Part shown: one piece after another, positions 52,303 to 64,000 of the stretch | Numbering within the stretch: the stretch's first letter is position 1 | How the letters are laid out: each line of letters begins with the position of its first letter | Assembly (NCBI RefSeq): GCF_003704095.1 | Contig: NW_020847100.1 | Span: 682,001 to 746,000 of the forward strand | Source of the DNA: Pocillopora damicornis | Taxonomy: Eukaryota | Direction of reading: 5' to 3' | DNA length: 64,000 bases | The notes under the pieces: model-generated | What the model saw: the letters and a program-made list of their open reading frames with translations, nothing else | Database searches by the model: none | Told to the model about the DNA's origin: nothing | Made by a program: the position numbers and the translations under genes

Positions 52303-54417
52303 ATCGAAACAATTTTTTCGCAAGGCCTTGCAAAAAATCTAAGGGTTCATTAGAAAACAAAGTTCCCCGATCGTTATAACCCTCACAAGTATCAATGTCT
52401 CGTATTCTTGAGTTATGCAAGAAAAGAATGGTCCTTTAGAGAGATTTTGGCCAAAAGCTTAAAAATTGAAGTGAAAAGAAGGAAAGAGTAGACAGGAAAT
52501 TTAGAAAAAGGCGAAAGAAACTAATATAAAATTCCGTGTGTTATGATTAAATAAGGGTATAGCGATGTTCTATACTTTTAGCCCTAACATTGTATTGCTA
52601 GAGGACAAATTAAGCTTTCAATGGTTCGGAAAAAGGAACGAATTCTTATATGGTACACAAGAAACGCCTTGTGGAAACACCATCACTTGAGAAGATTAAA
52701 GGCTAACGCCATTCAGTTTAACAATAGGCAAACGTTCATGATAGTTGATAATTGTCTCATACATGACGCGTGTTTGAACACAAACTATCATACATTGTCA
52801 TCGATTAATGTGGCAGTCTTTTCCCTATATTTATTTGGCCGTGAAGTACACATCGCTCTACTTCTGTTGCTTTAATTTTAGTTTGCCTTTAAATTTGTCG
52901 TGAATTTGGCAGAGTTTGTCAAGGTGATTCATCAAAAAAAATATCACGAATAAGGACTTTATGAACTTGTTGTGGAGCTGGACTGTTACTTGAAAGGAAA
53001 GGAAAGTCAATAAATATGGCCCACGATGCTACAAGGTTTTTTTTTATTTTTCTCGAGATTTTAAAGGGATTTAATGTAGCTGGGGTGAATTAAAACTTTC
53101 ATTTCATGGGTTGACTGAGAGGGAAAGTTATCGATAGAGAGTACATTAGGTAAATTTTCACTACATGCCTATGAATTTATTTCCGCGACAATTTCAGCCG
53201 ATTAGTATGCACGTTACGAGCTCTTTAGCATATTCAGTTAGTCTATGTTGAAATTGACTGTGGAGTTTGAGCTGAGGAGAGGACATTTATAGTAAATTTG
53301 TTTCTTTTATCCATGTTGTTAATTAGAGAATATGGGTGACATATTTAAATTATGTTTTATTCGTTTGTACTTGGCCTCTATCGATAAACTGATGAATTGA
53401 CAAACGAAGGCTCGTTTTAAATTAAGTGAATAATATTTGCTTTTCCCTGTGTCATGTTTCGAGACATTAAGACCCTCAGTAACGTAAGAAACATCTGCTA
53501 TAAGCAGTTAAAAAAATTAAAGGCAAATGATCTCGAATACTTCCATCCAGACCAGAAGGATCTCAAAATGTTTTCTCACCCTAACATGGAAAACAGATGA
53601 TGCTATTCACGTACCGAAATAACAGATCAATATATTTAATTTCTTAACATGTTTTAGTTTGTAAATTCATAGTAATATTTAACTTACATATGTCACCTTG
53701 TGTCTTTAATTGATGGCGAGGATGAAAGAAGCTACTCTACTCTAAACCTCTTCTACTTTGTTTTAAAATTCTTCTTTGAACGTAAAAAAAAAAGCTCGAT
53801 GAATATGCCAATGAACTCGTATAGTGCATTCCGACCGACAGAAATCGGCGTGAAAATGATCTTATCACCACGTGATATTACTTTATCTTATGAGATGTCC
53901 TTCAACGAATTTCGCTTTCAGTTAAAAGAAGAACTATGTCTTCTACTTGATCGCGGCAATTGTGCGGTACTCAAAAAAAAACAAGAGAAACGCATGGCAA
54001 AATCATGCAGAAGGTATATGCAAAGTTATGATGTTGTGGGCTGTTATTCGTAACGACTTCGTTTTGGTTAAAAATCTATTTATTTTTTAACACAATTTGG
54101 TGACGTTCATAATTCTACTAATACCCTTTTTGTTCCAAGCCATAACTGTGTTGAAAAAATACCACTCTGCACAAACACAATCATCCTTGTTCAATCAGGT
54201 AGGGTAGTAGCCGTTGTAGAGATAGTCATGCAGAAGTCAGTCAGTAGTGACTCAAAGTAGGCTTTTAGCATTTACTCCCGGATGGAATCAATGGCAGGAT
54301 GGTAGTTCTAACGTCAGCTTCTGTTTATTAGAGTGTTTCGGTATAATCTAACCGACAGAAAAACGCTACAATCCCACAAACTCAACTACTTTATTAAACA
54401 GCAAGTAATGTTCTTAA

Positions 54418-57250
54418 CAAGGAGCGACTCCTAAAAGCAGTCAGGAGCCCATTACTTTGAGCGTTCAACTGCCGTTTTTTTTTCTGTCACGGCGTTTCAC
54501 ACGCAAGTCTATTTTAAGTTTGAATTTACCGCGAATTAGGACTTCCCACGAGAACGCATCGACTAATCAAGATTGGCGCTTGGTTAATTTCTAACTTTAC
54601 TCGTTAATATGTCGAAAGAAAAATGACAAAGAGATGCATGGATTCTTGCGATGGTTCGTTTGCAGATTCGTGTGAACAAAGACGTCCCAAGCCCACATCT
54701 CGAGAAAAAGCAAACGATTAATCCATGAAAGCGCCACGCTTTGTGTGAGTCAGTGTTAACTTGCAATCAATCAATCTTCCATCAATCAATCTTTATTCCT
54801 CCTAGGATAAAAAGACATATCTTCAGTTATATCAGCATTATGGTGTCTAAAAATACATAAGGCATACTGTATGTATGTATATATATATACATGTATTTGT
54901 ATAAGATATACTATATTAAATAATAGAAAGATCGAAGATTATATTTAAAGATAAGCCTATTTACAAAAACATTCTTAAATCTGTCAGTCTCTATATCCGG
55001 GCGATGAGCACTTTTGTTTCTGAGTTGGTACTTTGTTTTTTTCTTCTTGGGAATGATGTTACTAAGCGTGCAATCGGGATCCATTGAACGTACCTTAAAA
55101 ATCTTCTTATCTGTCTTTTCTAAAAGTTCTCGAATGTCCATTCTCTAAGATGTGTATTTACTTTTAAAGCATTTGTCCATGAAGTTTTGTATAACCGTGA
55201 GATCTGAGTCTATAGCTTCGTGCATTGCGGAATGTTATTAACTTGCGCAAAATCCTGAATAAAACCTTTTAGCGAAAAATAATTTCTTTACATTTTGGCG
55301 AATTACAAATCATACTATTTTCCTTGGACCNNNNNNNNNNNNNNNNNNNNNNNNNNNNNNNNNNNNNNNNNNNNNNNNNNNNNNNNNNNNNGCAAATATT
55401 TGTAAATAAAAATTTGGGTACCGCGAATTCTGAGCTGGATTTGTTAGTCGTTAGATCCACTTGTCTAGCGATAGAGACAAGGTTTGCTTTAGCCATGTTA
55501 TTTACAGGACGGCAATCGACGTTCCAATCCACTGGTTTCATCTCTTTTGTTAGAAATCCTGACCGGAGTCCTTCGTCGACAGCCTCCTCTAGATCCTCTA
55601 TATCTTAATATGCCGAGCAACTTAAAGGATTGAAACTGAGGGGCGACGGATATTTAGCAAACAAACTCGGGAGTATGTTGTTTTACTCGTATTGCTCACT
55701 TGCCAATTCGGTTCATCTATTTGATCTGTGCTCTCCCTCATAATATCTCCTAGTCCAGGTTTACTTTCTGCATCCATATAAATCGTTATATCTAGCGCCA
55801 CGTTTCGTCCATCTCGCAACCCTAGTCCGACCGAGTCCTGACCGAGACAAAGTTACTTTTGCTGGAGCCAGCCCGCTTGATACCAATAAAGGTGTGGAAG
55901 CTCTGTTTTCCTTTCCGAGGAGCGTCGTGTACCCGATATTCGAGAAACTAAAAGCATCAGAATCCGCTGGAAAATGAATAGCATCATCTTAAATATGATA
56001 AAGATAGAAATATATTAAAAATATCAGAGCGCTAGAAAACGTGGCCGCCATGTCCGGCGCCTCAAGGGAACCAGCAACAAGGAACTTACGAAAGGAACCG
56101 TTGAGAATTTGAACACGTTATAAGGAATAGTGTGGGTAACGAAATATCGTCGATTTACAACGATAAATATGTCGAAATATGAACATAATACACGTAAAAT
56201 CAATAGAACTTACTCACATCTCCTGTGTCCCTTGTGGTTTCCAGTGTTCTTTGTCTATTCAAGCTTACTTTGCCATCACTGTCACTCCTGTTAGAAGACC
56301 AGGTCAAAGCTGCACACTTCGATTTCGACCGCTGTCGTATAACAGGAATAACAACACCGAGTTACACAACGCGTGACGCTTTCATGAGTTAATCGTTTGC
56401 ATTTTCTCGAGACGTGAGCTTGGGACGCTTGTGGTGTGCAGATTTTGAAAATAACTCGGAAAGTAGCGGTTCCGAGGAAAGTTTTAGTGAAGATTAACCT
56501 GACCCTTAGCTATTCAATGATCAGAGCGACAATAGGCACCGTGAATTCGGCCGCATGCGGCAATAAAGCAATCTCCATTATCGACCGCACTACACAAAAA
56601 TAACCAAGACTTGACAAGATCGAAGCCCAATTCGAAAGATTATCATTTTCTTACGATCTGGAAAAACGCCCCTCATTTTGTTGCACCTGCTTCTGTTCAA
56701 TCCTGCGTCGCAAAATGTCCGTTAAGTACGGTCAGGATGAAGATTCTTGAGATGAAGACGACTCGCACACAGCGTGCTCACGTAATTTCTTGTTTCCCCG
56801 CTCTCCATCATTGTTGGGATTGTGCCTCTTCATCGTCTTAAATTTGAAAAATCCAAGACGAGAATCTGAAATTTTCCTTTAAGGGGCCAGAATCAGAAAA
56901 AGAATAACCTTTGATACATACGAAAATTCGAAAAAAAAAAAATACAACGACGATCCGCACTCCTGCTAATTTTTTTCGCAAATATGAAAAATTTGCAAAC
57001 GATGGTGGGACATGTAAGGTAAGGAAAGGAAAGACTGGAATACTGGAATACAGCAGAAGAAAGGCGGAATGGCGTAGTTTTGATATGAAGACGTCGGCGC
57101 ATAAGGCCGCCATGTTTTCCTTCGCGTTTCATGGATCGTATTACATGAGTGAGCTCGAGTAGCCTATTTCCCGCTAGTATAAAAATAAACCGTTCTATGA
57201 AAATGCCTTTATGCCTGAACGCTTTAAGTAATGGGCTCCTCAAGCAGTAC
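54418..57250 (-). mobile_element. Non-autonomous element with subterminal inverted repeats and a terminal hairpin (Helentron/Helitron2-like)
   Basis: 25-bp inverted repeats at 54443-54467 and 57216-57240 (23/25 match); hairpin AGGAG-CGA-CTCCT at 54420-54432, outside one repeat only. Confidence 0.55.
54765..56062 (-). mobile_element. LINE remnant (L2/CR1-like), internally deleted or gapped
   Basis: AATAAA followed by an (ATTG)n tail; ORF2 C-terminus-like peptide ..KYQLRNK..TDRFKNVFVNRLIFKY; endonuclease-start-like VPKFLFTNIC next to the gap. Confidence 0.7.
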
Positions 57251-58961
57251 AATACTTATCGCAAATAAACTTAATTAAGCTCACCACAGTCTATAACCCA
57301 GCTTACTACTGAAGCAATTTCACTGCTACCTCCAAAGTTCCTTGAAATAAGCGACCTTCCGCAATAACTCTCTCTCGATATAGCTTTCAAAACAGTCATC
57401 GCTCCGACAAAAATAACTACTACTTACTATTACATAAGTGGTCTTCACAAAGTGTCCTGGAACATTCCAGAAGCTTACTTGAGAACTATGTTAGTAGTAT
57501 TGCATAATAGATGAGTGACGGGATGAAATGTTCTTGATAAACACATCATTATTTCTAGTGCTACTACTAACACTACTAACTACATCGACTGCATGCTCCT
57601 GACGTCTTGTGATGGGGGGATATTACATAAGGTTAGCTTAGTTAGTCTGTTAACTTACTGGAACTAGATAAATCTATTTTGTACGGGACGAAGAAAGGAA
57701 CTACGAAGCCTTCCTTGGGGCTGCATGCATAGTTCACACAGGATCCGCTTCAAGGCAACATAGACTAGACACTAAGACACATCCACAATACACGTTGGAG
57801 GGATTGAAACCATATAGTCCGCAGGCTATTTACATCAACTTTTAATGCCTTAGAAAAAATTCGTGAGTTTCAGAAAAACCGGATCAACTTTGTTGAAAGT
57901 AAGTATTGGGTGTTTCTTTCGGGTCAGAGAGGTACTCTAATTAAAAATGTCATGGGAAAGTGAATGGAACAGCCTAAAATGAAAACATAAAGTTCTCCAA
58001 AAATGATTTATTTGTATTTCAGCACTTATCACCAGCATCCCATATGAATTTATAAATAATGCTATATTTGCTTCTGCCAGAGCTACATTAACATATGTTG
58101 TTCAAAGTTAAAAAATTATTTTTTTGAGACCAATTTGATGTCTTAATTAAAATATTTTTTTCCTAAAAAGAGCAAGCTTTTATATCTCTACATTATGTAT
58201 TCTTTCTGAAATTTCGACCTTCTTCGTCGATGCAAATGGTTTGAAATTGGATAATCCCTCATTTCCCCATTCGAAAATATGTCATTTTGGCTTCTGTCGC
58301 GATCAATAATGTTTTAAATATTTCAAGGTAAAAATAATTTACTCTGTTTTTTTCAATTTTGTTTCTGTATTTTAATACACTGTCTTGTGTCTTAGGAATT
58401 CATTTTTAAATATCTTATTTTTTCTAGCTATTTTTGGACTTGCCTGAGCTATGCTTATTCGTTCATTGAACTAAATTAAAGTTTTCAACCACACGTTCAA
58501 CAATGAACTAAACATCCTTATTTTAAAAGTTAGGTTTGTAAAAGAGTTACAAGATGCTAAATATGTTAGAAACCATTAAAAATAAATATCCTATATTTGA
58601 ACATTTTGCATTCGTCGTCGAACGTACCGAAAGTTTCCAACTTGAAGCTGAAATGTACTTTCCTTACCTTTTAAAAGGCAAAGTTATGTGATGGTCAACT
58701 AAAACATACCAAAATACATAATAGATGTCACGTGAGCCTGGTATCTGAGAGTTGAGAGAACAAAATTCTAAGAAGAGTCGAAAAGCAACAAACCACGTAG
58801 TGCAAACCTTGCACAAGATTTAGAGAACTTAATCAAACTTACGACGTAAATAGGTTGGTTATTGTGGAAACACCCTCCTCACAATTCAAATAATAATTTT
58901 CCGGGATTTTGCTTAGTCCAGACTCTCTAGTAGAAATGGAATGCTACATCAGGCAGACATC

Positions 58962-61900
58962 TTATTGCCACGCATCTCCTCGCAGACCACAGGTATCAAC
59001 TTTTATTTTCATATACATAGTATCGTTCCGGATATAGCCACCTTGTCTCAGTTCCATATGAGAAATGAAAGTCGGGCAGCCAGATGCTATGTTCATGTCT
59101 GATGTGGGTCTTTTAAAGCTTGAGCTGTTAGGCTCAGGGCGAAACGCATCATTTACGTCCCGGATCCTGTCTTGGTCTATTAGTCGAAAGTGGACTTTTT
59201 GGAGAAACGGCCAAGGTAATAAAGCATCGTATTCACCCCTCATGACAACAAAGAATATTGACATATGCGTTCCGTTTCCAATTCCGTCTCCATTGGGGTA
59301 AAGACGAGCACAAACTTTATACCCAAATCGACCTACATAGAAAGGAGGACTGTAAATAGATAGAGTCTTTCCAGCAACAGCCTCTTGGAAGCGAAGGCTG
59401 TAGCGGTCGATTTTCCATATGTAGGTACCATTATACGACGTAGCTTCCAGCATTTGAATCTGCATATCTTGATCGGACAGTTGAATGTCGTGTAATGCCA
59501 GTTGGTGCTCATTCCTGTCTAGTCGGCGCTCATACTCACTTGCGAGACCCACACCTTGGTTTGGTTGGTAATCACTCGCACCTTTCGGCGTGGCGGGGGA
59601 TAACTTCAAACGGGCCACTTCACCCTGAAGACTGTTCACCTCCTTCTCATGCTCTCGCAGCGTTTTCATTATTTCTTCCATCTGAGACGAGACAAAACCC
59701 TCTATTGTTCTAGATGCCTCAAAAACTCTCAAATCAGCAAGCAGTTTCTCAGCTGTCCTCTTTAGTTCGAGAATGGAATTTTCTACGTGGGACAATTTTG
59801 TCTGTTGCGTTTGTATGTTTTGTCTTGCAGCTGCTGCCTGTTCTGCTTGATTTTGAAGTTGCTTTTCCAAAGCACTTTTTTCTTTTTCTAGACGACATAT
59901 CTTCTCTTCCATTTGTTTTGTTATCTCGGCACATTTATGACTGGAGAGGTTCATCATTTCCAAGTGAGACTCAATACCGTCGGCAACGTGTTGATCGATT
60001 ATTTGTTTAGTGCCCTGTAGAGAGTGTATAAATAATTTTTATTTTTTGTCCCACAAATCATCCGATAATCAGATTCGGTCAATTTAGATTATTACAATCG
60101 TCTCAGTATCTTTGCGATTATGATTTTGAGAATTTAACTCACATATGTTGATGTTTATCTTCATTTTCGATGTTTGTTTCTGCTCGTAGACCCTTGTTTG
60201 CTCTTAAATTTTAGGATTATTTCCTTTCCCAACAGACCATAGTTTCCCCTTTTTTACTATTCAATGTTTTTTTTCACTCAATAATAATAATAAATCCTTT
60301 TTGCCTTGGTAAAGTACAAATTTTGGCTCACTGTATCTTTTAGAAACTCCTACCCCTTTTTTTTTTCAGTATCTCATTTGCAAAATATCTCCAACAAGAT
60401 AGACCAAATAGACGAATTTATCCACTAACCTGAAATGCACAACCATGAACACTGAAAGGACACATATGTTCTGCCTTAAGACAACGTGCGGTCAAGTGTT
60501 CCTCCATCATGTCTCTTGGAATACATTCTTCACCACAGTTTAAGATGCAGCCGATTGGAAACTTAAGGCAGACATTCAAATGTTCCTTTAAAAGACATAA
60601 AATACAAGTTGAGTTCAAGTTGAGCTTTAATACGAGATCGTTAATGTAGCTACTTCCATACGAAATTGAACTGTTTTGCAGCAGTCATGTCACGCTTCAC
60701 TACGCTGATAGATGTAGGTGTATTGTCCAGTGAAATAACCGAAGTGAAGTGCGAGAATGACAATGGTAAATAGACCCGAATCTGACAGTTTGTTATCAAA
60801 GTAAATAGTTGTGTATCGGACCTTGTGTGAGTATCGACAAACGTCTAGCAGCGTGTCAGAGCTAATCCATTAGTTAATTAGATATGGTGATTTTGCATTT
60901 GCTTATGTTTTGTCTTTTCCACGGAGTTAATAATTGTACCTTCATTTTGCTATGCCGAACTTCACCACCACAGTAAGTACATGCCTCATCCCTGTTGATA
61001 CAATCACGATTCCTGTGCATATTGAGGTATCTTCTCTCCACAGTTTCATCACAGGCTTGACATTTCACATCACCGTACTGACAGCTAAAATTGTGTAACT
61101 GTTAAAACAAAGAGTGTGGAACATTGAAGAACTGTTGACTTCTGTGCCTCCTGATGGTTTTTTTTATTTTCCCCGCTGGTTCACAGTCACTTGCCTGCAG
61201 GCTATTACACCTTTAGATTTTTGGCGAGGTCACGTTACTGTTTGCATATGAATATCATAGATTTACCGCTTGAAATCTAACTCCTTAGTTTTGAAGTTAC
61301 GTGTGACCTTTGCGTAATACTTCAGCCGAGACCGTGATCGTGTCGATTTCGCAACATATTAGCATGCGTGACTAGTCTGGGTTGCTTTGTTTGGTAGAAT
61401 CTTCTGGCAGTTGTTTTCTCTTTCGATGGCGAGATTTATCTCACTAGGATAAAGCTCTGATATCATCACCTGAAATCGGTAGATTCCAAACCTCAGGCTA
61501 GTCATAAAAAGAAAATCTCGAAGGCAGGAAGATCTATATTGAGACACTCATTGCTTAGGCAGTTCGGTACGCTTAATACCTCCAGTTGTCTGAGCTCTCC
61601 TTTCCATTCACATCCTTTGTCATTAAATCGGCAGAAACACTGCACACCAAGAACTTCTCTTTCACAGCATTTATCCCTGAAAGATTGCTCCCTTGAAAGT
61701 GGCTCGTTGTCTATCGGACATCTTGCGTTTTCTGATCTGGAATAAAGTACATTTAAGGTTATTCGAAAACATTTGAAACATATTTAACACTCATTTCTGG
61801 AATTTAAATAATCAAAGAAATCAGCTTGACATTTCCTTATTGAGCCAACAAAGTTGTCGGATTTAAGTCAACACGGAAATGGGCCCATTCGCCTCCACGA

Positions 61901-62391
61901 GGGAGATTTTTGACATTACGCTGTAGCTGGGTGACCGCCAGCTACTCGAGGTTCTCAAATGTCACGAACTATGATTCCATACTCTGCGCTCAGCGCAGCT
62001 GAGAGGGAAATTTTAGATCTATAAAGGTCCTTAGGATCGCTTTGTGCTTCTTTAACAACATATGTTATGTTAGTTTGGGTTGGCTGGGTTCCTTCTATTC
62101 GTCAAACTTCTTAATTGCCGGTAGAAACCTTTACCACCACAACAAATACACTAATTTAAGGGTAAAGATATTTAATTTTTTCTCAACTTACCTAATTTTC
62201 GGCGAAAAAGAGTTAAAAAATAGACTCTATACATACCCCAAAAGGAGTTCCAGACAGTTTCCACAAAAGCGATGTCCACATGACGTTTGCCAGGGCTCAT
62301 CGAAAATGCTTCTGCAGATCGGGCATTGGAGCCTCTCATCTAGTCCGTCGACGAATTTTGTTTCTAACTTTCCGTCGACTTTGACAACCAT
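58962..62391 (-). CDS. TNF receptor-associated factor (TRAF2/3/5-like), ~559 aa (exons 62391-62237, 61736-61580, 61098-60940, 60585-60430, 60014-58962)
   Basis: RING CPIC..CGHRFCGNC..CPID, TRAF-type zinc fingers, coiled coil, and MATH domain YSPPFY..GYKVCARLYPNGDG..MRGEYDALLPWPF. Exons total 1680 nt in frame. Confidence 0.93.
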
Positions 62392-63085
62392 GTTTTACCT
62401 CAGAAAGGCCTTTATCCTGCTTTTCTGATGAGAGATCCTTGATTAGAAATTTTGCTGAAGATCTATACTCGTTCAACAAATGACTTTGCTTATGTAATCG
62501 CTAAATGAAGTCAATGTTGCAATAGAAAAGTAAATATATTTTAAGGATTACGCAATGCATAGACGATGTATCAGCAAATTTAGCTTATTTAGGAAAACAT
62601 ATATCGTTAAGGGCACTGAGGGAATATTTTAATAACAATTATGGTATTACCGCTCATTTGTATCAAATTGAGGGAATTGACTATCCTTCACTAAGTCGAT
62701 CTAGGCTTTAAATGACATTACGAGCATATTACTGCGCGATCTCTACATAATTCAACTTCGTTCTAGTGACGAGTCAGGTCGGATTAGTTGTTAATAGTAT
62801 GTTTTAATCATCCTAACGTGGCCTACTTCGCAAAGCATCTTTTGTCAATTGAGACTGCAGAAATCGTGAGAGTTTTGTCTACGGGATAAGGTCTCCCGCG
62901 GGTTTCCTTGTATATTTATGTTTAAACTACTTCAGCAAAAAAACTCAAGGCCTTATCTAGTTGGATAAAATTTATCACTACAATAAATACATAAATTCAA
63001 AGGGTAAAGGTATTACATTTTTAGCAACCTACCTAATTTTCGGCGGAAGAGAGTTATGCAGTTAAAGAATAGACTTTATACATAC

Positions 63086-63229
63086 CCAGAAAGGAGTTCC
63101 AGACAGTTTCTGCAAAAGCGATGTCCGCTAGGGCTCATCGGAAATGCTTTTGCAGATCGGGCATTTGGGCCTCTTATCAAGTCCGTCGACGAATTTTGTT
63201 TCTAACTTTCCGTCGACTATGACAACCAT
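63086..63229 (-). pseudogene. Decayed duplicate of TRAF exon 1 (RING)
   Basis: MVVIVDGKLETKFVDGLDKRPKCPICKSISDEP* with an 11-nt deletion; part of an ~840-bp tandem duplication (~62140-62965 / ~62980-63780). Confidence 0.85.
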
Positions 63230-64000
63230 GGTATACCTCAGAAACGCTTTTATTCTGCTTATCTGATAAGAGATTCTTGTTTAGAAATTTTGCTGAAGGT
63301 CCATACTCGTTCAACAAATGACTTCGCTTGTGTAATCGTTACAAATGACGTATCAGTACATTGGAATCGGAAAGGTCAAGATATTTCAAGCGCTCACGCA
63401 ATGACAGTACGTGCATGTTGCACGAAACGATGTATCAGCAAATTTAGCTTAAGTGGGAAAACATATGTAATTAAGGGCACTGAAAGAATATTTTACTAAC
63501 AATCATGGTATTACCGCTCATTTGTATCAAATTGAGGGAACTGATTATCCTTACGTGCATGTTACTACGCACATCTACGTAATTCATCTTCGCTCTGGTG
63601 ACATGTCAGGTCGGATTAGTTGTTAATAGTATGTTTTAATTATCACAGCGTGACCTGCTTCGCACAGCATCTTTTTGTCAATTGAGATTGCGGAAACCGA
63701 GAGAGTTTTGCCCACGGGATAAGGTCAGTTTAAACTGCTTCGGTAAGAATTCAAGGCCTAATATGGCCGGATCAAATTTTGAGTGCTAAAAAAAAGGAAC
63801 TGTTTAAACCTGCAATCTGTTAAAGTCATGCCTCTTTTGTGAACTGTGGAATGATATACCGTATACATCTACCATATCTTAACTTCTTCGGTAATTATTA
63901 CCTGCTCACACAGTTCCCTTAGGTATTTCAAGTGAAGCTCTTTGCATCACAGTTTACATACCAGCGGAGATGCTATTCACGGTGTGCGTTGTTATCTGCG

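Noticed and set aside
1-64000. Prokaryotic systems (CRISPR array, operons) and most short six-frame ORFs
   Set aside because: The sequence is intron-containing eukaryotic DNA with no repeat-spacer array; the short ORFs are antisense or alternate frames of exons, repeats, or run through N-gaps.

Overview
This is AT-rich eukaryotic DNA with GT-AG introns and eight N-gaps. Gene content and repeat families point to a scleractinian coral, possibly a pocilloporid (inference). From 1 to 48 kb there is a tandem birth-and-death array of about 13 intact, partial or decayed copies of one secreted-protein family. Their shared C-terminal unit (SCKE micro-exon, then a VYCHM..GGGWTL exon, then a ~172-aa terminal exon ending KAMGYILVQ) is the type annotated in corals as 'uncharacterized skeletal organic matrix protein 5-like', and its N-terminal motif is fibrinogen-related/intelectin-like. 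Two N-terminal architectures plug into this unit: signal + Cys + coiled-coil, or signal + PAN + EGF (+ cbEGF). Three single-exon class A GPCR sequences are interspersed: one intact, one gap-truncated, one pseudogene. A five-exon TRAF (RING-Zn fingers-coiled coil-MATH, ~559 aa) lies at 59-62.4 kb, next to a decayed duplicate of its first exon. Mobile DNA includes two minimal hammerhead-ribozyme motifs (one in a 122-bp insertion with a 13-bp target-site duplication), a tRNA-derived SINE, a MITE, a Crypton-like relic, and a Helentron-like element carrying a nested LINE. Exon boundaries were derived by hand from splice signals and reading-frame continuity; no database searches were run.
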